Shown one piece after another: positions 50,401 to 64,000 of a stretch of 64,000 bases of DNA (the first letter of the stretch is position 1; the number at the start of each line of letters is the position of its first letter). Under the pieces are notes generated by a model, which saw only the letters and a list, made by a program, of their open reading frames with translations, was not told where the DNA came from and made no database searches. The position numbers and the translations under genes were made by a program. Location: assembly GCF_009914755.1 (NCBI RefSeq), contig NC_060947.1; one strand, 5' to 3'. The DNA comes from the human T2T-CHM13v2.0 reference genome, Homo sapiens.

Positions 50401-51329
50401 GAAAATTATGTAGCATATATTGTGCAACCAGAGGCAATTTTCTCCTCTATAAATAATATCAAGGTTGAACAACCACTACATATAGGAAATGTATCCTCAT
50501 GTTGCTGTTTAACATTAATTAAATAACTATTACTACACATGGAATAAACATAAATCACTCATTCACAGGTAATATTTCTTAGTTTTAAGCAGGAAATATT
50601 GAACATGCTTGGCTGTCTTGTCTATTTTATGAAGGAAAAAATGTGTAGCTTTATTAGACATTTTAGGAGCTTACACTTTGAGAGAATACTTATGTACATA
50701 ACTCGAATAAATCTCATGTCGCCATAGGGGGATATTAATTTAGAATGTGCAAATGACAACCACATCCATCTCTGGCAATAGCCTGCCACCTGGCCTGAAA
50801 TTCCTACTGGTAGAATCTACCAAAGGACCATCATGAGAAATGTACATTTCTAATGTACTTAAATGACTTAAGAGATTTAGTTCCAGTGCATGAAAAGTAA
50901 CAAATCCATAGGCATTAATCATCACCACAAATCATTATCTAGCCTAGAACAAGGCCCACAAAATATAAGACAAGACAGAAATGTGGAGAGTGGCAGGTAG
51001 AAGGAAAGTTTATAGCACAAAACGTTAAGAAACAATTGAACCAGCATAATGGCACTTTGCAAATGTGAGAAGGTAGAAAAACTTCTGAAAAGAAATGAAA
51101 GGGTATTCTTGTCAAAACCCACTGTACCTCTTCCAGACGCTTTGCCGGAATTTGATCTGATGGCAACTTAATTCCTTCTTAGCCTTGGATCAATAGAATG
51201 CAACTTCCAGTTTCCTTGTTAGGGTCATGGATGCTTTAAGAAAATCCCCCTTCATTCTGTTATCAGCTGTCTCAGAACATATCTAAAGGAATCAGTATTT
51301 TAAAAATATAAAGAATAGACTATTACAGC

Positions 51330-51612
51330 AAATCAAGCAGTACTGTGGTTTCAGATCGCAGTAAAAGTTTAAAACATAGACTTTGAAATCAGTGGGACCT
51401 GAGTATGGACCCTGGCCCCGCCACTTACTGGCTGTTTAGGCTTGAAAAAGTTACTTACCCTTTCTGAACTTTACTCAGTCTTCTCATCTACGTGATGGAT
51501 ATAAATTAGAACTGACATCATGAGGTTGTTTAATAAGATCAAATGAGATTATACATATATGTTTCAGCAAACTAAGTGCCTAACTCATAATAATCACTCA
51601 ATAAAAGTTGGT
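51330..51612 (+). mobile_element. MIR SINE
   Basis: CCGCCACTTACTGGCTGT...AAGTTACTTACCCTTTCTGAAC...CTCAGTCTTCTCATCT core. Confidence 0.75.
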
Positions 51613-51799
51613 GATTTTTGGAGAGAAAGAAGAAATACTGAGATTAATTAAGAGAGTAGAAATAATGATGATGACAATGATGCTGATGATGATAATGATG
51701 ACAATGATCCATGAAGAAGCAGTTGTTTTGCATGAGCAACGTATTGTGTATAAGTAATATAATATGTACCTGATTGTTTTTTTTTTTCTTAATTTTCAG

Positions 51800-52113
51800 T
51801 GTGCACCTAATTGGCCTATTGGTTTGGCAATCTGATATTTCTGTGAGCCCAGTAGCAGCTATAGTAACTGACATTTTCAATACCTCCGATGGTGGACGCT
51901 TCAAATTCCCAGACGGGGTACAAAACTGGCCAGCACTTTCAATCGTCATCATAATAATCATGACAATAGGTGGCAACATCCTTGTGATCATGGCAGTAAG
52001 CATGGAAAAGAAACTGCACAATGCCACCAATTACTTCTTAATGTCCCTAGCCATTGCTGATATGCTAGTGGGACTACTTGTCATGCCCCTGTCTCTCCTG
52101 GCAATCCTTTATG
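51800..52113 (+). CDS. HTR2C: HTR2C coding exon (314 nt): N-terminal domain, TM1, ICL1, TM2
   Basis: T-rich acceptor ...ttttcag|T and donor TAT G|gtaagt. Translates [17 protein letters not shown]...[64 protein letters not shown], with the class A GPCR GN (TM1) and LAxAD (TM2) motifs. Confidence 0.98.
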
Positions 52114-53631
52114 GTAAGTACAATTTTATTCACTTTTCAATCTCGTATAATGTCATAAATTTGTGTCATAGTAAACACTCATAAAGTTAATTATTTTACT
52201 TGTAACATTTGGAAAAAGAAAAAAGCAAATCGTGTGACAGAAGGAGTTGGATGTATGTATCATATTTATTAAACAAATCAGTAACAGTCTTCCAAAAGCA
52301 AAACATACATTTTATATATATTAAAATCATACATAGATGCTCTCTTGCTTAGTGTCTTTGTAAACAATGAATGAACAGTTAGTTGCCTTACAATGTACTG
52401 AATGAGACATTAACAGAAACATCTTTCAACCCCTGTGTTCTGGGCAGTACACATACCTACTACCATCTCTGATACAAAGAAGGAAAAACCGGCTCATCCT
52501 CTTTAATAAATATATTTTAAGAAATCCTTTTTTAAAGCTGCCAAACTAAGTGGTTGACACAAAACAGGCACTCAATAATAGCTATTCTTCTTGTTCATGG
52601 AGTCTATAATTTGTGTTATTACAAAGAGACAAGAGATAGCAAAATTAATTACTAAGTATATAAGTGTAAGTTCATATCATCACTTTAAAAATTCAGGCAT
52701 TGAAAGTTTCAATATATTGATTTTAAAGAGGTTTTTAATTTTTCTTTTGATTTTCTTCCATCCCTTCATTCTGTTCATTTTAACCTAAGGTTTTGTTTCT
52801 AGCTAATATTTATGATGAACAATCAAATAGTTTATACAACTCTACAAAGTATCTTTACTAGGAAGTTGGAGAGCCCAGTTTGAATTTAATTGCTAATATG
52901 CTTATCTCACAAAGGAGTAAAATAGACTTCCAGTTGCCTGGAGTGTATAATGGAATTAGACTAGAAGAAATAATATTGAAAGTGTATCTAGTTGTCGAAT
53001 CCTAAAAGAAAATAAATGCATCTAGAAAATAATCTCTCATGTAATGTAAAAATTAAGTAGCCTGTTCTATACCTATGGCAACAGTAGATTATCTTAATAG
53101 GCATTTTATAAAGTGTTCTCAGAATATATGCTTTTCATATTCTTCATCGAGTTTCAATGATGCATTAGCCTTAAAGCACTAGTATTTTATCTGCTCAGTG
53201 GGCATTTTACCACTCTATTGCTCCAAAATTAAGAAAAGATTACTGGAATGAAGTGAAACTATGATTTAGAAGGTATACTGTGTTCTGTGGTGTCTGTTTC
53301 GCCAGCTTCTCCCTTTAAAAAAATGTGAGTGGCCAAATAATGATATTAGCATAAATCCAAGTCTCTTAACATATCTATTCCCCTGCCCAAATAAACAAAG
53401 AACAATATAAAAAACAAATAAAACTGCACAATACCACCATTAAGTGTGGAGAACATTCAAATTTCAAATTACCTGTAAGTAGGAAAACAAATGGGAAATA
53501 ACATTGAACTATCTATTAGACTTCTACCCCATGCTGTTGCGTAGAAGAAGAGTAGTCCAGGAAAGATAGCATGAAATAAACTAGAGGAAAGCTATTAGGA
53601 AGCCTAAGATTGATCTAAAACCACCACAGGT

Positions 53632-53932
<301 letters not shown>

Positions 53933-55068
53933 CCACCACAAGCAAGTAAGTCTACCCCAAGTACGAAAATACTGAAAAGTTTCTCTAGAAGGTCAGTTTT
54001 CAGATAAGGTACTGAAAAGTATGCATAAGACTCAAGAAAGCAGCCTTGGAAAATTAACTCTTTGGAGGTGGAAAAAGGTAAAAAAGGAAGCAAGAGGTGA
54101 CTTGAAAAAAAAAAAGCACAGTGAAAGGAAAAAGAAGCAAGAGGGGGAAATTTATCATCTTACAGTACAGAAAATGTCAAAATATTAGGACCCATCACCC
54201 CTCCCTCTACTGTCTCCCACTGTCCCCCAAAGGCCCTCCAGTAAAGAAACCATACTTTGATACACAAAGAAAAGAGGATGCTCTTGAGCTTGGAATTTTG
54301 GAAGCTACCTACAAACTGTCAGTCATGTTCATAGAAATTCTGAGATGCAACCAATCTTCATCTATACCAAGCTACTATAGAAAAAAATCAGAATATGAGA
54401 ATAGAAAGAAGGCATTTGATGAACATTCCCTCCAATAAAGAATGATCAAGCCGAAGAATATGCTAGCAAAACACTTCAAAAAAAAATCTGCAAACAAGCA
54501 TGTTAAGGTATTAAAAAATGTACTTTGAAGTAGTAATCTAATAACTAAGAATAGAAATGGTCAAAAAAATAGGACAGCATGAAGGAAAATTAACTGAATT
54601 CAGGACAAATAAAATAGAAGAAAAATACATCATATCAGGAATGAACATAAAAAGCACCCAACGAAGAATTGATTCATATGAAGCTTAATAAGGAGTATAG
54701 AAGAAAAACAGATTACCAAAGAGAATGAAGATGAGACGAAGAAAGAAGTAAAATATGTTAGAGTGTGGTTGAAATAGAATATCAGCAAAAATGATTAAAT
54801 GTATGTATGAGAACCCTTGAAAAGGAACAAATAGGAAAACAGAATTAATATTTAAAACTATAATCCAATAATGTCTTCCAGATATGAAAGAGAGTCTGAC
54901 TCTACATATTGATAGGTTCAACCCAGTGCTAGAAAATTGACCTGAAACAATGAACTCTGAGATAAATCTGAGACACTGGATTTTTCAATATAAAGAAAAA
55001 ATCCTCGGGGTTTCCAAAGCAAAAAGAGGGAAAAATTTACAAGAGCAAGAGTGTTAGACTGCCTTACA

Positions 55069-55120
<52 letters not shown>

Positions 55121-55548
55121 CAAAACAAAGCAATAGTGAAACAATACTATCAAAACACAACCATTTATAGGACATTCTTTGAAAGACAAATCTATACAGA
55201 CAGAAAACAGATCAATAGTTTCAATGGCTGAAAGTGGGAAGATGACTTCAAAAAGCCATTTATTTTGTTATTATGAAACTGTTTTATATCTTGATTGTGG
55301 TGATGGTTATACAAATATATATATATAAATTTGAAGAGCTATAAATTCTAGTATACAGTTTTAAAAAGGTGAATTTTACTCTATATAATAGATGCCATAA
55401 ATTTAAAAATATTTTTAAATACACAAAATGGTTTGGAAATATGATTCTATGTCTAGACAAGTTGTCCATTAAGGCTATAAAAAGTTTAAGTCTTTTAAAA
55501 TTCAGGGAATTATGTACCACAAGCCCTTTTAAAAAATAAAATAGTGGA

Positions 55549-55892
55549 GGTCAGGTGTGGTGGCTCATGCCTTTAATCTCAGCACTTTGGGAGGCCTAGG
55601 CGGGCGGATCACTTGTGGTCAAGAGTTCGAGACCAGCCTGGCCAACCGGATTTCTTTAGTAGAGACCCAGTATCTACTAAAAATACAAAAAAATTATCTG
55701 GGTATGGTGCTGCCTGCCCGTAATCTCAGTTCCTTGGGAGACTGAGGCAGGAGAATCGCTTGAACCCAGGAGGCGGAGGTTGTAGTTAGCCAAGATTGAG
55801 CCACTGCAATCCAGCTTGGGCGACAGAGGGAGATTCCATCTCAAATAAAATAAAATAGAATAAAATAAAATTACAAAATAAAGCAAAATAAA
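55549..55892 (+). mobile_element. Alu (AluS-like) with (TAAAA)n tail
   Basis: Full dimer, AAAATAAAATAGTGGA on both flanks. Confidence 0.9.
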
Positions 55893-56358
55893 ATAGTGGA
55901 TGGGATTCATCTAACAAAGGGATGACTGGGAAAGTTTCATCAAAAAGACTGATGATAAACATTTAATATATTTAACTTTAGAGCTAAAATAAAAGAAATG
56001 GTATTTTAAGAGCAGAAAAATACCATGTCATATAATATATATTATGTTTTATCTGTTCTAACAATCTGGAAACAATGCAACCAAAAATTAGGAAGAGAAA
56101 GAGGAAGGGGAAGAGGAGAGTAGAATCATTTCGTTGATTCTTCTATAAACGAATGATAAGAATTAAATTATAACCATAAAAAACTGGCAAATCAGAAAGT
56201 AATAGAATAAGAAAACATGGGTCTAGGGTCATTAAGCATGTTATAAATATAAAGTTAACCACTAGAACAAAAATACACACGTTCTTAAACACCAAAGGAA
56301 ATGTAATTAGTAGAAGAGCCAAAATCAGTCAAATAGAGGAAGAAATAGAAGAAAATAA

Positions 56359-56662
<304 letters not shown>

Positions 56663-57726
56663 CATAATGCACTTAACATTATATGATGATATAATATGAC
56701 AGAGTTAAAATCAAACATATCAGTAAGTAATAATCATAAACTCGAATGAAGAAGCTATCACTCTATTAAACATAAAAGATTTTTAATTAGGCATATGAAG
56801 AAAGACCCAAGTATATTCCATATACAAAAGTAACCCTTACAACCCAGGGATTAGTAAGCGCTAAAAATAAAGGGGTAGGTGAAAGTATACCAAGCAAATG
56901 GTAACAATAAAGCAGAAATTGCGATCTTGATATCTGACAAAAGAAATTTGAAGTAAAAAAATGGTAAGACTAAAAAAGAAAGATGCTTATTAATGATAAA
57001 AGAAAGCCACAATTAAAGACAAAGAAATGGCAGTTAAGAATATCTCTGCATCCAATAACACAGAAATAACTTTTATAAAGGAAAATCTAAAAACGGTGGA
57101 AGAATACATTTATGGGTGCATTCTAATATGGGAGATTTTAATATACTGTACTCAGTACAAGAAAGACTGGACCAAAAACAAAGAATATATATCTTATGAA
57201 TGTATATTGAACTTTACACTCTTATCGTAGAAAGTATAGCTTCTTAAGTGCACATGAAGTACGCAAAATTTAATCATATATTAGGTCACAAGAAAAGGTT
57301 AAAGTAGAAATTTTATAAAAAGTTCTTTTTGATAACAATGTAATAATACTAGAAAGTACTAACAACAAAAGCTTTAATATCATCTTGGAACCATAAATTT
57401 TAAACAGCTCTTGGGTGAAAAGAAGAATGCAAACAGAAATTACCAAATTTATTTTAAAATATGATAGCATAAACACTGCTTTATCAAAATCTATAGGATA
57501 CACATAAAGGAGTGAACAGAGGAACATTCACAACTCCAATTACATTTATTAGTAAAAAACCAAAGTATATGAATAAATTTCCATTAAATAATCTTGAAAA
57601 AGGACCAAAAAAGAGAACAAAAGAAAGCACAAAGCAGAAAAAAAAAATAATAAAGATAAGAGCAGTAATTGACTGGGTAGAGAACAGTAGAGAATAAAAG
57701 GACAGTATACCTAATCAAGAAATTAA

Positions 57727-58045
<319 letters not shown>

Positions 58046-58579
58046 ACTCCTGACTTTTTAAAAGATTTTTCACAAAATAGAAAATTGCTAGCTAGTTTTA
58101 ACAAGGAAAAAGGAATAGAGCATAAATATATCAAATATAATATGAGAGGGCATATAATCATAGAAAAAAATAAATTTTGTAAATCACAAGATTACCTTGT
58201 AGATTTACATGCAAATCAATGGAAAACATAAAAAATAGATAATTTATCAGAGGAATCCAGGTTAACAAAATTGACCCCATGAGATGTAAAAGGAAACAGA
58301 CCAATTTCAGTAGAAGAAATAGTTATCAAGGAAACTTGCACAAAAATCCCTCCGGACTCAAATAGTTTCACTGGGCTCTTCTAGTTATAATGCTTCAAAA
58401 ATTGTTTCAGAGCATTGAAAACAAAGTGAAACTTCCTAAGGTTTATATGAAGTGAGAATAACTTTGATACATAAACCAGGTAAAGACAGTATGAAGAAAG
58501 GATGCTATAGACCAATGTCACTTATGACTATTAATGCAAAAATACTTTATAAAATCTTAGCACACAGAATCCAATGTCA

Positions 58580-58963
58580 TGTGAATTGAAAAAACTCAAA
58601 GTTGTAGAAGCAGAGAGTAGAACAGTGTCTTCCAGAGGCTGGGGTGATATGGGGTGGGGAAGGGAGATAGGAATTGTTGTCAAAGAGTACAGTTTCAGTT
58701 AGACATGGTGAATAAATTCTGGAGACCTATTATTGTACAGTATAATGACAATGCTTAATAATATTGTATTGCATGCTTGAAATTGTTAACAGTAGGTCCT
58801 AAATGTTCCAGTCTCAAAAAAATGTATGTTAGGTGGTGGATATGTTAATTAGCTTGATCTAATCATTTCACAACGCATAGATATGTCAAAATATCACAAT
58901 ATACACCATAAATGTATACTAATTTTAATTGTCAATTATAACTTAAGAAAACTGAAATAAAAA
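58580..58963 (+). mobile_element. L1M (L1MA/MB-like) 3'-UTR fragment nested in an older L1
   Basis: AGAAGCAGAGAGTAGAA...TTCTGGAGACCTATT...ACACCATAAATGTATAC pattern, flanked by AGAATCCAA repeats. Confidence 0.7.
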
Positions 58964-59057
58964 AGAATCCAACTCCACATTAAAAAAGAATACACCACGA
59001 CCAACTGGGTGGTCACACTATTATTACTATTCTAGTAACATTGTGTTACTAGTAACA

Positions 59058-59332
59058 CAGGAACAGAAAACCAAACACCACATGTTCTCACTCATAAGTG
59101 GGAGTTGAACAATGAGAACACATGGACACAGGGAGGGGAACATCACACACCGGGGCCTGTTGGGGCATAGAGGGGGCAATGGGAGGGAGAGCATTAAGAC
59201 AAAACCTAATGCATGCAGGGCTTAAAACCTGGATGATGGGTTGATGGGTGCAGGAAACCACCACAGGACATGTATACCTATGTAACAAACCTGCACATTC
59301 TTCGCATGTATCCCAGAACTTAAAGTAGAAAA
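59058..59332 (+). mobile_element. Short L1PA 3'-end fragment (older primate subfamily)
   Basis: CAGGAACAGAAAACCAAACACCACATGTTCTCACTCATAAGTGGGAG...CCCAGAACTTAAAGTA is the L1 3' terminus. Confidence 0.88.
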
Positions 59333-60349
59333 TATATGTATATATACACACACCATGACCAACTGGGTGGTCACACTATTATTCTAGTAACACTATGTTG
59401 GCTCAATATAGGGAAATATTTTCCTAAAATATATTAACATATGACATTAACATTATTACTAATAAGCACATATTAAAAATTAAAGCTAAAATATAATGAA
59501 TATTGATAATTATATTAATACATTATTATATTTATAACATTAACATAAAAATATTAATTTAAAAGTATATGATTTATCTCTAAAGATACTGAGTGAATAA
59601 ACATTTGCCAAAATTTATAGCTTTTTTGATAAAAATCCCTCAAGAATATAGAAATTGATATTACTTTTTTACTGTGATAAAATATAAATAACTTTGTCAG
59701 ACAGCTGGCATCTTAGTTCATAGGAAAACAATAAAAGCACTTGTCCTAAGATCAGGAAAAATATGAGCATGCCTTATGTTTCCATTTCCACTTAACATTT
59801 TGCTGTAGATATTAGTCAATGCAGTTAGATAAGATAAATTAATTAGAGTTATAAAAACTGAACAAGTATAACCATCTCTTTTTCCAGTGTATCTCACACT
59901 TCATAAGAAAATCAGGATAAAACTATTAAAAAATAAGATATTCAGTGAGATAGCAGGATGTAACATTAGCATGGAAAGGTCTATAGAATTAATATACCCA
60001 AATAACCAGTTGGAGAAACCTCCATTTAAAATAGCAAGGAAAAGAGAATACATTAAGGAGAAAATATGCAAAATCTATTGTTAGGAAAAATTAAAAACAC
60101 CCCTAAAAGACAAATGATTGATATCATTGGCATAACAACAATAATAATAATAACAATAATACATGCCAAACACCAAAAGCAAACTTCAAAAACAAACTCA
60201 TAGAAAATAGTTGCAAAATATATTGCAAAGGGCTAATATCTCTAATACATAAACAATTCTTTATAACTGAAGTAGAAATCCAGCACTCAATAGAAGAAAT
60301 GAACTAAAGATGTGAGTAGGCAATTTGGATTTTTTAAATATATTTTATA

Positions 60350-60645
60350 GGCCAGGTGCGGCAGCTCACACCTATAATCCCAGCACTTTGGGAGGCTGAG
60401 GCAGGTGGATCACTTGAGCCCAGGAGTTTGAGAACAGTCTGGGCAACATAGTGAAACCCCAGTCTCTCCAACAACAACAACAAAATTAGCCAAGGGTGGT
60501 GGCGGGCACCTGTAGTCTCAGCTACTTGGGAGGCTGAGATGGGAGGATGGCTTGAGCCCTGGAGGCTGAGGCTACAGTAAGCCATTTTCATGCCACTACA
60601 CTCCAGCCTGGGTGACAGCCAAACCCTCTCTCTCTCTCTCAAAAA
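60350..60645 (+). mobile_element. AluJ-like
   Basis: Diverged full dimer. Confidence 0.9.
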
Positions 60646-61764
60646 TATATATTTTAAATATATATATAAACATGTGTGAATATTTGAATTATATATATAC
60701 ACATTTATATATATATATATGGTCCTTAAATACATGAAAATATGTTTAATCTCAATCATTAGAAGGAAAATGCAAAATAAATGACACCATGATACCATTT
60801 TTTAACCTATCAGATTGGCAAAATATGACAAGCTTGAATTGCACTGTGGCAAGGCTATGGGGACATCAGCACTCTCGTATATTGCTGGTGGGAATGTCAA
60901 TTGCTACAAACCATTTTGGAGGAAAATCTGACAACACTGAAAAAAACTACATAAGTAATTATGTTTTAACTCAGAAAACTAACATCTAAAGTGTTCACTG
61001 GATGATAAACGTGTGTTAATAGCAACATATATATGTGTGAGATTATTCATATAAGCATTATTTGTAATTGCAAAATATTCTAAACAATCTAAGTTCTATA
61101 TAGAGAGAGATTAATTAAATATATTACAGACTATCCACAAAATGGGATTTATTTTTTAAAATAAGGAATTTCTTTATTACCTGATACAGATTATAAACAG
61201 AATCCAAATAACTTAATTCTATTTGAAACTAATAACATAACCACACTGAAGTACAAAAAAATCTGACCCAAATAACTTTAATACACAATATTTGTACAAT
61301 ATACATTCTGTCTAAATATAAATAAACTCTAAATAGTAGGTTTGCTTTTTATTGGTGTTATGCAATAGTGATTGTATAACACCACCAATATTGTTAGTGT
61401 ACTCTGAGATTGTATAAGTGTGTAGGTATACCAAAGACAATAGAAGCCAGATTTCTCACTGTTGCATAAGGTAGTTAAAAATTCGAAAGGGGGAAGGAAA
61501 TAATGAACTCTACATCATTGGACTAATATTCATGATATCCGTGTAAATTCATAGTGGTAGTAGGTGATAGTTAGCTAGCTAGCTAGCTAGAGAGATAACA
61601 TAATATTTATATGTATACTTTGAATTATGTCCTAGTCTGTCCACTAAGAGGGCCTAGCAGCAGTGTCACATGCGTAGCAATGAGCGAAAACAGAAACAGA
61701 AACTCCTTGGGGAAATAGTCAATTTCAGGAATGGGACAGAAAAATTACAGCATGAGATTGGGAG

Positions 61765-62075
61765 GGCCGGGCACGGTGGCTCATGCCTGTAATCCCAGCA
61801 CTTTGGGAGGCTGAAGCAGGCAGATCACGAGGTCAGGAGATAGAGACCAGCCAGGCCAATATGGTGAAACCCCATCTCTATTAAAAATATAAAAATTAGC
61901 CAGGCGTGGTGACACACGCCTGTAGTCCCAGCTACTCAGGAGACTGAGGCAGAATTGCTTGAACCCGAGAGGCGGAGGTTGCAGTGAGCCAAGAGCTGAG
62001 ATTGCACCACTGCACTCCAGCTTGGGCGACAGAGCAAGACGACTCCGTCTAAAAAAAAAAAAAAAAAAAAAAAAA
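61765..62075 (+). mobile_element. Alu (AluSc-like)
   Basis: Full dimer, 25-nt poly(A), ATGAGATTGG on both flanks. Confidence 0.9.
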
Positions 62076-63239
62076 TATGAGATTGGAACACCTTTTCAGC
62101 TGAAAAGTAAGGAAGTGAACATAGAATAATGGAAACATTAAAAAAAAAAAAAACCCACAGGAGCCAGCTTAACAGAGCCCCCACTGACCAAATGTGGGAA
62201 CATTCAAACATTAAGTTTAAATAAGAGTTCTGATGACAACAAAAATAGAGTAAGCCCACTAAAAACTATCTCTTCTTTTGTATTCAATCAATAACTCTGT
62301 AAAAAAATTCAAAAGCAACTACCTGAGGACTCAGAAAAATAAACAAAAACAGATTGAAAGGGAAATCAAAACTTAGAGAAGTAACCTATATGGGAATGAG
62401 GTTCCCTTTTTTTTTCCTCTCTTTTCTCTAGTAGCTTTGCCCCAGGCAGGACTCAGTCACTTAGCTGCATGGTGGTAGCCCAGGAGTGGTTTAATCCTTA
62501 TGGAAACCCAATCTTTCCAGCCAGAGTAACTGACAAAAGGAGTCTCTATGGTCTCCCTAATGTAGGGGAAATACAGTTTTCCCTCCCTTTTTTGTCTCCT
62601 GGCTTTGTCTGGAGAAGACTCTAGTCAGAGAGCTTTGATAGTATGAGCACTAAAATTTTGAAGAAACCTTTTCTTTCTGGCCAGCAGACCAGAAAAAGAG
62701 GACTTTGTGGACCAGAAAGCATGAAAGGGAACCCCATAGAGTAGACAGCTGGTAAAAGGTTTTCTTAATTCTGCGTTTAAACCTGAAAAAGTGCCAGTCT
62801 TAATGCTGAGCTTTAAGTAAACAGGACAGACTTCAAGAAGCATAGAAAAGCTTTAGAAAATTTAATGTATTTAAACATCCATCCAAGTCAGAGACCATGC
62901 CCTGAATGACATGTGTGTGGGACAGACTCAAAGCAGCGTAGCCAAGGTTATGAAAACAAAATACATTGAATCCACTCACCACAGAGGCAAGACTGAACTC
63001 TAAGTCTGAATTTAACTGGGTTTTCAATGCCTACTAAATCAAACAAGTAAACAAAATCAGCATTCTCAAGCAGATTTTAACAAGATCTAAAATCTACAAA
63101 ATATAAAACTCAGAATATCCAGGATACAATTTAAAATTGCTTGACATAAAATATATCCAGAAAAAAGACTAACAGATACCAACCTCAAATTACCAAGATG
63201 TTGCAACTGTCAGCCAAAGCTTCTAAAGCAGCTACTGTT

Positions 63240-63874
63240 TTTTTTTTTTTTAATTTTTTTTTTTTTTATTATACTCTAAGTTTTAGGGTACATGTGCACA
63301 TTGTGCAGGTTAGTTACATTTGTATACATGTGCCATGCTGGTGCGCTGCACCCACTAACGTGTCATCTAGCATTAGGTATATCTCCCAATGCTATCCCTC
63401 CCCCCTCCCCCGACCCCACCACAGTCCCCAGAGTGTGATATTCCCCTTCCTGTGTCCATGTGATCTCATTGTTCAATTCCCACCTATGAGTGAGAATATG
63501 CGGTGTTTGGTTTTTTGTTCTTGCGATAGTTTACTGAGAATGATGGTTTCCAATTTCATCCATGTCCCTACAAAGGACATGAACTCATCATTTTTTATGG
63601 CTGCATAGTATTCCATGGTGTATATGTGCCACATTTTCTTAATCCAGTCTATCATTGTTGGACATTTGGGTTGGTTCCAAGTCTTTGCTATTGTGAATAG
63701 TGCCGCAATAAACATACGTGTGCATGTGTCTTTATAGCAGCATGATTTATAGTCCTTTGGGTATATACCCAGTAATGGGATGGCTGGGTCAAATGGTATT
63801 TCTAGTTCTAGATCCCTGAGGAATCGCCACACTGACTTCCTGTTGGTGGGACTGTAAACTAGTTCAACCATTGT
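63240..63874 (-). mobile_element. 5'-truncated, 5'-inverted L1HS, pre-Ta type
   Basis: Minus-strand 3' end at 63240-63840 with GCTAGATGAC-ACG-TTAG (ACG at 63359-63361) and CTTAGAGTAT. A 34-bp inverted piece lies at 63841-63874. TSD TAAAGCAGCTACTGTT at 63224-63239 and 63874-63889. Confidence 0.93.
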
Positions 63875-64000
63875 AAAGCAGCTACTGTTACAATACTCTA
63901 TGTAGTAATGAATAGAAATTAATGGAAATATGGATGCTCTCAAAGGAAAAATAAATTATTAAAAATTGAAAATTTTAGGACAGAAAAATACAATATCTAA

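Noticed and set aside
51644-52030. 128-aa minus-strand ORF with His-rich tail
   Set aside because: It is the antisense shadow of the HTR2C exon plus a (TGA/TGATGA)n simple repeat at ~51660-51710.
51774-52184. 136-aa ORF as a stand-alone gene
   Set aside because: Only 51800-52113 is exon. The flanks are intronic read-through past clear splice sites.
62230-63220. Possible unique regulatory region or 72-aa ORF
   Set aside because: It resembles the 5' region of an old L1M element and shows no coding support.

Overview
Human (or very closely related great-ape) genomic DNA. It is AT-rich, repeat-dense and lies inside the X-linked serotonin receptor gene HTR2C on the + strand. The window holds the distal part of the large 5'-UTR intron with the miR-1298 hairpin (35739-35850) and a probable 91-nt alternative 5'-UTR exon (38092-38182). 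It also holds the exon with the start codon (47364-47477; MVNLRNAVHSF...) and the next coding exon (51800-52113; N-terminus, TM1, TM2; Ser at codon 23). The rest is mostly transposon-derived: about 14 Alu or monomer elements, MER20, LTRs, MIR/L2 and old L1M remnants, a 5'-inverted pre-Ta L1HS, and two near-full-length L1PA elements (21076-27240 +, ~41013-47037 -). The most unusual observation is this inverted L1 pair. Their UTRs mark them as different subfamilies, yet they share many non-consensus changes, including the same ORF1 start frameshift and the same ORF2 stop, which suggests gene conversion between them. They bracket miR-1298 and the alternative exon. The antisense promoter of the second L1 points into the HTR2C start-codon exon, whose acceptor lies ~330 bp from the element's 5' end. 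Almost all other ORFs in the supplied track are repeat-derived or chance. Repeat subfamily calls come from recalled consensus diagnostics, not alignments.
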